Shown here in pieces: positions 28,584-35,881 of a stretch of DNA of 64,000 bases. Each line of letters starts with the position of its first letter. The first letter of the stretch is position 1. Origin of the DNA: Minisyncoccota bacterium. GTDB lineage: Bacteria; Patescibacteriota; Minisyncoccia; Phycocordibacterales; GWA1-40-21. Position numbers and translations under genes: made by a program. Below the pieces are notes generated by a model. That model was not told where the DNA came from. It saw only the letters and a program-made list of their open reading frames with translations, and ran no database searches. The stretch covers positions 2,042 through 66,041 of the forward strand of contig JBAYUW010000003.1 of assembly GCA_041674925.1 (NCBI GenBank). The letters are read 5' to 3'.

Positions 28584-28654
28584 AGCGGGGTAGAGTAACA
28601 GTAATTCGCGAGGCTCATAACCTTGAGATGGCCGTGCGAATCGGCCCCCCGCAA
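28584..28654 (+). tRNA. initiator-like tRNA (anticodon CAU) with non-canonical D and T loops
   Basis: Acceptor AGCGGGG/CCCCGCA-A: bases 2-7 and the 3' strand are identical to E. coli tRNA-fMet, with a 1:72 mismatch. A11:U24 in the D-stem. Anticodon loop CTCATAA. The D-loop lacks G18G19 and the T-loop is TGCGAAT. Confidence 0.5.
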
Positions 28655-28688
28655 CAAGGAAAGATTGGCGCCAAGGTGGCGCTTTTCT

Positions 28689-28759
28689 GCCGATGTAGTT
28701 CAATGGTAGAACGGGGGACTCATAAGCCTCAAAAAATGGTTCAATTCCATTCATCGGCA
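28689..28759 (+). tRNA. tRNA-Met elongator (or Ile2) with anticodon CAU
   Basis: Acceptor GCCGATG/CATCGGC, D-arm GTTC-AATGGTA-GAAC, anticodon loop CTCATAA, T-arm AATGG-TTCAATT-CCATT, discriminator A. Confidence 0.75.
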
Positions 28760-28800
28760 CAGTTTAGACTTCTTAATTCTTATTTGGTATACTTCTAATT

Positions 28801-29748
28801 ATGTTAACAAAAAGACAAGAAGCAGAGTTAGTCACGGCTATACAGGGACGGGGAGAGGTGCCTCTAAAATTTGCTTATTTAGGAGAAGGAGCAAAAAATT
28901 GGGACTCAATTGCCAAGGAAAGAGTATCCACTTCCGGAGGAATTAACTCGATTGAAGCTAATCTACTAAAAAAGAGAATGGATGATTTTATTTCAACTTT
29001 AGATAAAGGTAAAAGTGTTAATCTTGTTGATATTGGTTGTGGTAATGGTTTGCCAGTAGTGCCAATCTTACAAAGACTCCAAGAGAAGAATATCCCCTTT
29101 ACTTACGTACCAATGGACATAAGTGGGGAGATGATTGATCTTGCCCTAAATACCGTAAGATCTAAATTTTCTGATGTCGTTTGCAAACCATTTCAGATGG
29201 ATTTTGAATTGGGGCAATTTTCAGATCTTATGTATGAGATCAAAAAAGACGGCTCGGTGAATTTAATGGTGTTTTTGGGTAGTACATTGGGTAATCATTC
29301 AGATTTAAGTAGGGTTTTAACAAATTTTAGAGACTCGATGACGTCGAAGGATTATCTAATTGTTGGTGTAGAGCTTACAAATATTGCAAAGGTAAATAAA
29401 ATTATTCCTCATTATGAAAACTCTGCTGCGAAGGCTCTTGTAAGTCATACTTTATCATATTTAAATATTTCAGATAAATCTTTTGGATATGAGGTGTTAT
29501 GGAATGATAAAAATTCTCAAATCGAGATGAGGGCAGTTTTCAATAAAGATGTAAAAGCTGAAATTGCTGGTTATAGTTTTGTTATCGAAAAAGACGAAAG
29601 TATCCTATTAGCAAAATCAATTAAATTTACTGAGTATGCGATAACTAAATTATTCTCTGATGTTGGTTTAAGGACCGAATTACTCACTACTTCTGAAGAC
29701 CGTGGTTATGTTCTTACTATGGTCCAGCCAACAAGATATAGTATATAA
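28801..29748 (+). CDS. class I SAM-dependent methyltransferase (EgtD/Methyltransf_33-like)
   Basis: VDIGCGNGLPVVPIL is a motif I Gly-rich loop. TYVPMDISGEMIDLAL resembles the Y.P.DIS block of histidine-specific methyltransferases. Confidence 0.5.
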   Translation: MLTKRQEAELVTAIQGRGEVPLKFAYLGEGAKNWDSIAKERVSTSGGINSIEANLLKKRMDDFISTLDKGKSVNLVDIGCGNGLPVVPILQRLQEKNIPFTYVPMDISGEMIDLALNTVRSKFSDVVCKPFQMDFELGQFSDLMYEIKKDGSVNLMVFLGSTLGNHSDLSRVLTNFRDSMTSKDYLIVGVELTNIAKVNKIIPHYENSAAKALVSHTLSYLNISDKSFGYEVLWNDKNSQIEMRAVFNKDVKAEIAGYSFVIEKDESILLAKSIKFTEYAITKLFSDVGLRTELLTTSEDRGYVLTMVQPTRYSI

Positions 29749-29931
29749 AGATGGCTACATAATACTTTATGATAATTTACCTAGTGTAATTACCTGATTT
29801 AATTGCCGTCTATCATTTAGCACTAAAAACACTTTGAAATTATTTAATTTTATGTATAATGGTATAGATCTCAAAAAGGATGGTCTATTCCTGAAGAGGA
29901 AGGTGGCTGTCTTCGAGAGATTTGAAAAAAT

Positions 29932-30206
29932 GCGGGCGTAGCTCAACGGTAGAGCACTCCCCTGTAGACGTGCAGCTTTCGGTCGAGAGACTGATTGAAA
30001 CTCTCTGGGATAACGGTGAAGGCTAAGTTTCATTTAGAAATATGCGAACACCGTGGGAACCCCTAGATTCGCTAGGGGGCGCCGTAGAGACTAGATACCG
30101 GAGTATCCTCATCCGAAAGGGAAGGATAAAGATATAGTCCATGCCATTACGAAAGTAATGAATTAGTGCACGGGAGAGGCCGTGGGGTCAGCACCCATCG
30201 CCCGCG
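29932..30206 (+). tRNA. tRNA-Asp(GUC)-like gene interrupted by a 203-nt group I intron (exons 29932-29965 and 30169-30206)
   Basis: 5' exon GCGGGCG-TA-GCTC-AACGGTA-GAGC-A-CTCCC-CTGT. 3' exon CAC-GGGAG-AGGCC-GTGGG-GTCAGCA-CCCAT-CGCCCGC-G. Joined, the anticodon loop is CTGTCAC, the same as the E. coli tRNA-Asp anticodon loop (E. coli 5'-flanking stem differs: CCTGC vs CTCCC here); discriminator G. The T-loop GTCAGCA is non-canonical. Confidence 0.55.
29966..30168 (+). ncRNA. group I intron (small, IC3-like) in the tRNA-Asp anticodon loop
   Basis: P7 GACTA...TAGTC, with the S-element AAGATATAGTCC and an R-like AGAGACTAGA. P9 hairpin CCATTAC-GAAA-GTAATG (GNRA loop) lies 8 nt before the terminal G. 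The internal guide GTGCAG can pair with the 5' exon CTGT (P1, U-G) and with the 3' exon CAC (P10). Confidence 0.6.
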
Positions 30207-30214
30207 CAAGAAAA

Positions 30215-30236
30215 AGTCGCTTTCGAGCGACTTTTT
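30215..30236 (+). terminator. rho-independent terminator AGTCGCT-TTCG-AGCGACT + T5 after the tRNA
   Basis: 7-bp stem, a UUCG tetraloop and a T-run, 9 nt after the tRNA 3' end. Confidence 0.6.
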
Positions 30237-30361
30237 GCGTGGGTGAGGAAGTGATGTTATCACTTCCGTATGGGTGTTGACGCCGGAGCGGGACCCAAGT
30301 CAGCAGACTTGGGAGCGAGGCGTGCCCAGCAAAAATTTTGTGACGACAAAATTTTATGCGA

Positions 30362-30410
30362 GGGAGAGTCCATCGCCCGCGCAAAATAAAGCCCTGAAAA
30401 GGGCTTTTTT
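30362..30410 (+). repeat. partial duplicate of the tRNA-Asp 3'-exon end (GGGAGAG...CCATCGCCCGCGCAA, T-arm deleted) plus a second terminator (AAGCCC-TGAAAA-GGGCTT + T6)
   Basis: Nucleotides 30362-30384 repeat the ends of 30172-30208 with an internal deletion of GCCGTGGGGTCAGCACC. Terminator at 30389-30410. Confidence 0.55.
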
Positions 30411-30439
30411 GCTGGGCGAAAAAGTGGTATATTGGTGGT

Positions 30440-31006
30440 ATGAAAAAAGCATTAATCATACATGGTTGGGATGGAAATCCAGACGAACCATTGCATCAAT
30501 ATTTACGAGGTGAACTAGAAGCAGTTGGTTATAAAGTCGAGATTCCAAACATGCCAAATCCCGCTGCCCCCATCATTAAAGATTGGGTAAATAAAATGGC
30601 GAGTGTTTTTGATGAGAAAACCGATTTAATTATCGGACACAGTATTGGTTGTCAGGCGGTTTTAAGATTTATCGAAACTCTCGATTCTAGCATTTCAATT
30701 CCAAAAGTTATCTTAATCGCGCCGTGGATGAAATTAGATATGAATACAATTGAGGAAGAAGGGGAAGAGGTAATTGAGATCGCTCGACCATGGATGGAAA
30801 CGCCGATTAATTTTGAAAAGATAAAGAAAACAGTGAAAAGTGTAATCGCTATATTTTCTGACAATGATAGCTATGTGCCATTAGACCAAGAAGAGTATTT
30901 TAAAACGAAGCTGGATGCGATGACTTTCATTGAACACAATCAAGGTCATTTTACTATTTCGGATAATTTTAAAGGATTACAGACAGATTTTAAAAAACTT
31001 TTATAG
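30440..31006 (+). CDS. serine hydrolase, YdeN/RBBP9 (Ser_hydrolase) family
   Basis: IIHGWDGNPDEP start. GHSIGC nucleophile elbow (GxSxG). Alignable to B. subtilis YdeN over the N-terminal about 80 aa. Confidence 0.6.
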   Translation: MKKALIIHGWDGNPDEPLHQYLRGELEAVGYKVEIPNMPNPAAPIIKDWVNKMASVFDEKTDLIIGHSIGCQAVLRFIETLDSSISIPKVILIAPWMKLDMNTIEEEGEEVIEIARPWMETPINFEKIKKTVKSVIAIFSDNDSYVPLDQEEYFKTKLDAMTFIEHNQGHFTISDNFKGLQTDFKKLL

Positions 31007-31008
31007 AT

Positions 31009-31707
31009 ATGAAAACAATCTTAATCACCGGTGGTTCAAGTGGAATTGGAAAGGCAACAGCTTTGTTGTTTGCTAAAAATGGTGCCAATGTAGCTTTTAC
31101 ATATAAAAGTAATAAAGAGGGAGCTGAGGAAGTCGTAAAAGAGATAGAAAAATTTGGTCAGAAAGCTCTCGCTATTCAAGCTGATTTAATAAATGAAGCT
31201 GAAGCCAAGAAGGTTGTGGACGAAACTATTGAAAATTTTGGAAAGATAGATGTTCTCGTAAATAATGCTGGGCGATATATTGATGGTGATGAATGGAACG
31301 GTTTATCTGATATTTGGTTAAAATCATTACAACAAAATTTAGTTTCAGTAATGAATGTTTCTAAATATATGATCGAAGTATTTCAAAAACAAAAAAGTGG
31401 GGTGATTGTCAGTATATCGTCTAGACATGGCATTTCTGGTATGTCTGACGGATTATCTTATTCTGCAGCAAAAGCTGGAATAATTAATATTACTGAGATA
31501 TATTCAAAATTATTAAAACCTTTTGGTCGGGCAAACACCGTGTCTCCTGGTGCCGTCAGGGCAGGGTATTGGCTCACCGCGCCTAAGGAAGAGGTTGAAG
31601 CTCAGGGTAAGCTGATTGAACCAGAGATGGTTGCAGAAAAGGTGTTCTTTCTGGCTTCTGATGAGGCGAAAGATATAACTAGACAGAATTTTCAGATAAC
31701 AGCGTAA
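31009..31707 (+). CDS. SDR-family oxidoreductase
   Basis: TGGSSGIGKATA Rossmann motif, NNAG, and a catalytic S...YSAAK. Confidence 0.85.
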   Translation: MKTILITGGSSGIGKATALLFAKNGANVAFTYKSNKEGAEEVVKEIEKFGQKALAIQADLINEAEAKKVVDETIENFGKIDVLVNNAGRYIDGDEWNGLSDIWLKSLQQNLVSVMNVSKYMIEVFQKQKSGVIVSISSRHGISGMSDGLSYSAAKAGIINITEIYSKLLKPFGRANTVSPGAVRAGYWLTAPKEEVEAQGKLIEPEMVAEKVFFLASDEAKDITRQNFQITA

Positions 31708-31716
31708 GAAAAAAAC

Positions 31717-32769
31717 ATGGATAAATTTCCCAATATAAATAATGTCAGCGGTTCCGTTCCTTTACCCAAGGTCGAAGAACGATTAGAAATCAGTAGGAAT
31801 GCCGCTCGAGAAGATTTTAAAGATTCTGAAATTCCACCGACAGCTGAAGAGACACAAGTCATCGACGAAGTCTCTCATGGCTTGAAAATTATGCTCGAGT
31901 ATATCTATAAAATTCCTTGTAAGGAAATTTTGAAAGAAAAAATTCATATTGTCAGAGAGGGGACTCTGAGTGATAAATATGGTCGTGGACTGTACCAATC
32001 TCCATCGGGTGATATTTATTTGGAACCAATGATTAGTTGTCAGTCAAAAATTGTCTTCGCCAAAGTCCTAGCTCACGAGCTCGTTCACTATTTGTCATTC
32101 AGTTCGGTTAAAGCTAAAGAGCAAGGGGGGAGAGTTAGGACAGCTCCACATATTGATGGATTGGGAATTCTAAAATTTGAAGAGACAGGAGTCAAAGAAT
32201 ATTTTGGTATTTTGGATGAAGCAGCCACTTCATATATTAGTAATAAGTTTTTAAATTTAGAGTTGAACAGAGTGCGAAACCATCCTGAGGAAAAGGCAGT
32301 ATATACCGATGAGTGTTTGGCGGTAGATGCTGTCAGAGGGTGGCTTCACAGCTTACCTGATTCCGTCGGTTTGGATAAGACCGAATGGGACAAATACTAC
32401 ATTATTTCTATACCATTCGCCGAAGAAATCGCCGGGGTTATTCGAAGTGATATTTCTACTGAAGAGAAAATTGAATTTTATCGAAAGAAGATTGGCAGTC
32501 TTTCGCCTAAGGACAAATGGAATTATTATCTTGAGCGTACCAGAGAAATTGAAGTCGTTAATAGGGAAATACGTGAGATGTTTGCTAAAGAAGACCCCAA
32601 CCCATCTATAATCGGACAAAAAACTATGGAATTTATTGAAAAAGTAGCCATGTTGAAACTTACCGGCAGCGGTTTCTTAGATATAGTTAGATTTATTGAA
32701 CGAAGATTGGGTCGGGGTGCTTTTAAAAATTTAGCCGAAAAATTCGGCCGATTTGAGCCCAAAAAATAG
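31717..32769 (+). CDS. hypothetical protein with an HExxH motif (possible zincin-like metalloprotease)
   Basis: VLAHELVHYLSF. No other recognisable family features. Confidence 0.4.
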   Translation: MDKFPNINNVSGSVPLPKVEERLEISRNAAREDFKDSEIPPTAEETQVIDEVSHGLKIMLEYIYKIPCKEILKEKIHIVREGTLSDKYGRGLYQSPSGDIYLEPMISCQSKIVFAKVLAHELVHYLSFSSVKAKEQGGRVRTAPHIDGLGILKFEETGVKEYFGILDEAATSYISNKFLNLELNRVRNHPEEKAVYTDECLAVDAVRGWLHSLPDSVGLDKTEWDKYYIISIPFAEEIAGVIRSDISTEEKIEFYRKKIGSLSPKDKWNYYLERTREIEVVNREIREMFAKEDPNPSIIGQKTMEFIEKVAMLKLTGSGFLDIVRFIERRLGRGAFKNLAEKFGRFEPKK

Positions 32770-32814
32770 TAGTAAAGGCATAAAAATACCCCATTACCCG
32801 AGGGCTTTGTCTAC

Positions 32815-32843
32815 TTGTAAGAATATAGCACATATGCTATACT
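32815..32843 (+). promoter_or_regulatory. candidate sigma70-type promoter TTGTAA-N17-TATACT in a 495-nt non-coding stretch
   Basis: Hexamers at 32815-32820 and 32838-32843, followed by about 150 nt with hairpins before a small hydrophobic ORF at 32999. Confidence 0.35.
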
Positions 32844-33264
32844 GCCTGTGTAAGAGAAACAGTTGTTTGAAAAGTGAATAAAGAACAGCCCTCCCGCTGA
32901 GGTTCTAAGTCCTTGGGATTTTAGCGAGGGGGAGTGCGTGATTTATCGCGCGTACGTGGTTGTCGAACCACCAATTCTCGCCCTAAACTTCATTTACCAT
33001 GGGAATATTTAAAGTCTTAGGACTAGTCTTAGCGATTATCATGATTCGTTACCTCTTGCCTGATATCTTTCGGGCGTTCGAGGACACTCTTCTTCTGTTC
33101 TTTGATACTCTCCAGACTCTTCTCGTCCGAGGACAGTCTGGACCAAACAGTGCCAGTGTGATCCAACTGCTCCCACACTAGGATCACCTCACAGAACCGC
33201 CCGCCATCCCAAGCGCGCGGTTTTTGTAATTAAAGACCTTATTATTTATGTTATACTTTATAAT

Positions 33265-33534
33265 ATGAAAAATTTAACAAAAGGATTCCTGGTATTTTTA
33301 TCACAAGCAATTTTTGTGTATCTTGTCTGGGGTGTTTTTTACAATATAAACAAAGATAGTCTAATTGTTTTTGTACCAATTACTTTGGTGTGGATATTAC
33401 TATCGCTTTTATATGGTTATTTTGGCTATAAGGCATCGGTCTTGGAAAATTCAAAAATTAGTGGAGGGATTTTAGTTTTAACTAGTTTTATTACTACCGT
33501 GTTCATGATTTATGCTTGGCTATTGCAGACCTAA
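33265..33534 (+). CDS. small membrane protein (3 TM), hypothetical
   Basis: 89 aa, strongly hydrophobic. Confidence 0.35.
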   Translation: MKNLTKGFLVFLSQAIFVYLVWGVFYNINKDSLIVFVPITLVWILLSLLYGYFGYKASVLENSKISGGILVLTSFITTVFMIYAWLLQT

Positions 33535-33601
33535 TTATAGATTATTGTAATGATTGAAAAATTATAGAAAATAAGCTATTCTAGTAAAAGGCAAAAAGTT
33601 T

Positions 33602-33855
33602 GCCATTGTAGCTCAGTTGGTAGAGCACGTCATTGGTGGGTCGTAACCCCTGCCCATTTAGGTGGTAACGCTTAGATGAATCCCGAATAACGGTTAATAT
33701 CCTAATCTGGACAAGACCGTGGCGAATCATGTTTTGTGATTTAGCCCGAACGACTGACAAGGGTTTCCAATTTGGAAAAAGATACAGTCTAGTCCTCCCG
33801 CAAGGAGAGGTGTAAACGAATGACGAGGTCATCGGTTCAATCCCGATCAATGGCT
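33602..33855 (+). tRNA. tRNA-Thr(GGU) interrupted by a 181-nt group I intron (exons 33602-33637 and 33819-33855; CCA encoded at 33856-33858)
   Basis: 5' exon GCCATTG-TA-GCTC-AGTTGGTA-GAGC-A-CGTCA-TTGGT. 3' exon AA-TGACG-AGGTC-ATCGG-TTCAATC-CCGAT-CAATGGC-T. Joined, the loop is TTGGTAA, as in E. coli tRNA-Thr(GGU). The splice position is inferred from the terminal G and the loop length. Confidence 0.6.
33638..33818 (+). ncRNA. group I intron in the tRNA-Thr(GGU) anticodon loop (between positions 36 and 37)
   Basis: P7 GACTG...CAGTC, with AAAAAGATACAGTCTAGTCC (S-like) and CGAACGACTGACAAGGG (R-like). P9 hairpin CTCCC-GCAA-GGAGAG (GNRA loop). Terminal G at 33818. P1 pairing is not obvious by eye. 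Confidence 0.55.
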
Positions 33856-33857
33856 CC

Positions 33858-34901
33858 ATGTACAAACGCTTGTTAAAGCCGATTTTATTTAGGTTTAATC
33901 CAGAAAAAATTCACAATCTTTTTGTCTATGTCGGCCGATTTATGGGATCTTTTGGTCTCGGACGTTTTTTACTTTCACTATTATACGGCTATCGTGGTAA
34001 AGATATTTCCAAAACGGTGGATGGAGTTTATTACAAAACCCCCATTCTTTTATCAGCCGGCTTTGATTATGACGGACATTTGACGCAAGTGTTGCCTTCA
34101 CTTTCTTTTGGTGGGGTGGAGGTGGGTTCAGTGACGGCCAAACCTTGCGCTGGTAATCCCAAACCACGTCTGACTAGATTGCCTTTTAGTAAAAGTATTT
34201 TGGTTAATAAAGGCTTGAAAAATGATGGCGTGGACATTATTTTAACCCGCTTACAAAAAAAGAAAAAAATTAAAGATTTTGTAATTGGAATCAGTTTTGC
34301 CCGAACCAATGAAAAAGCAGCTTCGACGGTCGAGGCGGGGATTGCTGATTATGTTTACAGTTTAAAGAAAATTGTGGAAAGTAATCTTGGTGATTACTAT
34401 ACTATTAATATTTCTTGTCCTAATACTTTCAATGGCGAACCGTTTACGACGCCAGATTTATTAGAAAAACTTTTTATTGAAGTTGATAAAATACCGCGTA
34501 CGAAACCTTTATATGTAAAAATGCCCCTCAACGTGACAGATAATGTGTTTGTACAACTGCTCGGAGTTTTAAATCGCCACAACGCCCAAGGAGTGATTCT
34601 CGGCAACTTGCAAAAAGATTATACAACGATTGATAAGCGCGATTATATTCCGCAAAAATATGAAGGCGGTTTATCTGGTAAACCATGTGAAAATCGCTCC
34701 AATGAACTTATCACCTTAACCAAAAAAGAGTATGCTGATCGATTTACGGTGATTGGCTGTGGCGGAGTCTTTTCTTATGAAGACGCCAAGAAGAAATTTG
34801 ATCTCGGCGCGGATTTAATCCACATGATTACCGGGATGATTTACGAAGGCCCGGGTCTGATTAAAAGCATTTGCCAAGGTCTGGAAAGTGAAATAAGATA
34901 A
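33858..34901 (+). CDS. pyrD: dihydroorotate dehydrogenase (class 2, quinone-dependent-like)
   Basis: N-terminal MYKRLLKPILFRFNPEKIHNL resembles E. coli PyrD. GGVEVGSVTAKPCAGNPKPRL and the active-site ISCPNT. The start codon overlaps the tRNA CCA. Confidence 0.8.
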   Translation: MYKRLLKPILFRFNPEKIHNLFVYVGRFMGSFGLGRFLLSLLYGYRGKDISKTVDGVYYKTPILLSAGFDYDGHLTQVLPSLSFGGVEVGSVTAKPCAGNPKPRLTRLPFSKSILVNKGLKNDGVDIILTRLQKKKKIKDFVIGISFARTNEKAASTVEAGIADYVYSLKKIVESNLGDYYTINISCPNTFNGEPFTTPDLLEKLFIEVDKIPRTKPLYVKMPLNVTDNVFVQLLGVLNRHNAQGVILGNLQKDYTTIDKRDYIPQKYEGGLSGKPCENRSNELITLTKKEYADRFTVIGCGGVFSYEDAKKKFDLGADLIHMITGMIYEGPGLIKSICQGLESEIR

Positions 34902-34907
34902 GGGAGT

Positions 34908-34980
34908 GCCATCTTAGCTCAGTTGGTAGAGCGCATCTTTCGTAAAGATGAGGCCCGCAGTTCGATCCTGCGAGATGGCT
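34908..34980 (+). tRNA. tRNA-Thr (anticodon CGU)
   Basis: Acceptor GCCATCT/AGATGGC, D-arm GCTC-AGTTGGTA-GAGC. Anticodon stem CATCT/AGATG with loop TTCGTAA. T-arm CGCAG-TTCGATC-CTGCG, discriminator U. Confidence 0.85.
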
Positions 34981-34981
34981 C

Positions 34982-35866
34982 ATGTTGGAGCAAAACGACA
35001 AAAAGAAAAAGTTGACGGAATTGGAAATGGAGATGAATACCGTGGATTTTTGGAGTGATAAAAATCATGCTCAAGCAGTGATCAAAGAGATTGCTGATTT
35101 GAAAGCGGAAATCGCTGGGGTGGGGAAATATGACAGTGGTGATGCGATTTTGACGATCATGGCTGGCGCGGGTGGTATTGACGCTGAGGATTTTGCGCGG
35201 ATGCTCCTTCAAATGTATTTAAAATATTTTGATAAAAAAGGTTGGGCTTATCGGACCATTCATCAAAATGAAAATGATCATGGTGGTTTTCGAAACGTGA
35301 CCGTGGAAATTTCTGGTAAGGGATCTTACGGTGCTCTTAAAAAAGAATCTGGTGTGCATCGTTTAGTGCGAACATCGCCATTTAATGCCAAAGGCTTGCG
35401 TCACACTTCTTTTGCTTTAGTGGAGTTTATTCCAAAATTTGAAAAAGCCAGCGCCTCCGATTTTATAATTCCCGAAGATGAGTTGCGTTTGGAATTTTCT
35501 CGCTCTAGTGGTCCGGGCGGGCAAAACGTGAATAAAAAAGAAACGGCAGTGCGAGTGGTCCATATTCCGACCAACTTGGCCGTTCATGCGGATGGTGAGA
35601 GGTCGCAAGCGCAAAACAAAGAGAAAGCTTTGCAGATTTTACGCGCCAAACTTTACACAAAATATGAGGAAGATCGTCGAAAAAAAGAACAAGGCCTCTA
35701 TGTCGCAAAAACTATGGAGATTGAGTGGGGGAATCAGATTCGTTCATATGTCCTTCATCCTTATAAAATGGTCAAAGATCATCGGACTGATTTTGAAACT
35801 GCTCAAGTGGATAAAGTTTTGGAGGGAGAAATTGACGAGCTATTGGATGCCGAGCGCGATCTGTAG
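34982..35866 (+). CDS. prfB: peptide chain release factor 2 (short form, lacks N-terminal ~45 aa)
   Basis: The SPF tripeptide motif (RTSPFNAKG) marks RF2. GGQ motif SGPGGQNVNK. 294 aa. The ATG is one nucleotide after the tRNA-Thr 3' end. No in-frame UGA frameshift site. Confidence 0.8.
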   Translation: MLEQNDKKKKLTELEMEMNTVDFWSDKNHAQAVIKEIADLKAEIAGVGKYDSGDAILTIMAGAGGIDAEDFARMLLQMYLKYFDKKGWAYRTIHQNENDHGGFRNVTVEISGKGSYGALKKESGVHRLVRTSPFNAKGLRHTSFALVEFIPKFEKASASDFIIPEDELRLEFSRSSGPGGQNVNKKETAVRVVHIPTNLAVHADGERSQAQNKEKALQILRAKLYTKYEEDRRKKEQGLYVAKTMEIEWGNQIRSYVLHPYKMVKDHRTDFETAQVDKVLEGEIDELLDAERDL

Positions 35867-35881
35867 TATAATGATTGAGTA

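Noticed and set aside
28580-28798. 72-aa + strand ORF from the six-frame track
   Set aside because: It lies entirely over the two CAU tRNA genes (28584-28654 and 28689-28759). It is a translation artefact of structured RNA.
29932-30415. Possibility that the split tRNA-like region is a tmRNA, RNase P RNA or a tRNA pseudogene
   Set aside because: The 5' part has a full canonical D-arm, which tmRNA lacks. There are no RNase P P4 (GGAAAGUCCGGGC) motifs and no tag-peptide reading frame. The group I P7, R and S signatures and a terminal G fit an intron much better.
30163-30513. Two overlapping ORFs (minus 30163-30459, plus 30274-30513)
   Set aside because: They overlap the tRNA-Asp 3' exon, its terminator and the hairpin-rich tail. 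There are no start or SD signals, and they conflict with the clear RNA features.
33581-33865. 94-aa minus-strand ORF
   Set aside because: It spans the intron-containing tRNA-Thr(GGU) gene. The RNA features explain the region.
34982-35866. Programmed +1 frameshift in prfB
   Set aside because: I looked for an upstream out-of-frame N-terminal exon and a CUU UGA slippery site. The upstream sequence is the tRNA-Thr gene, and the ORF is simply N-terminally short.
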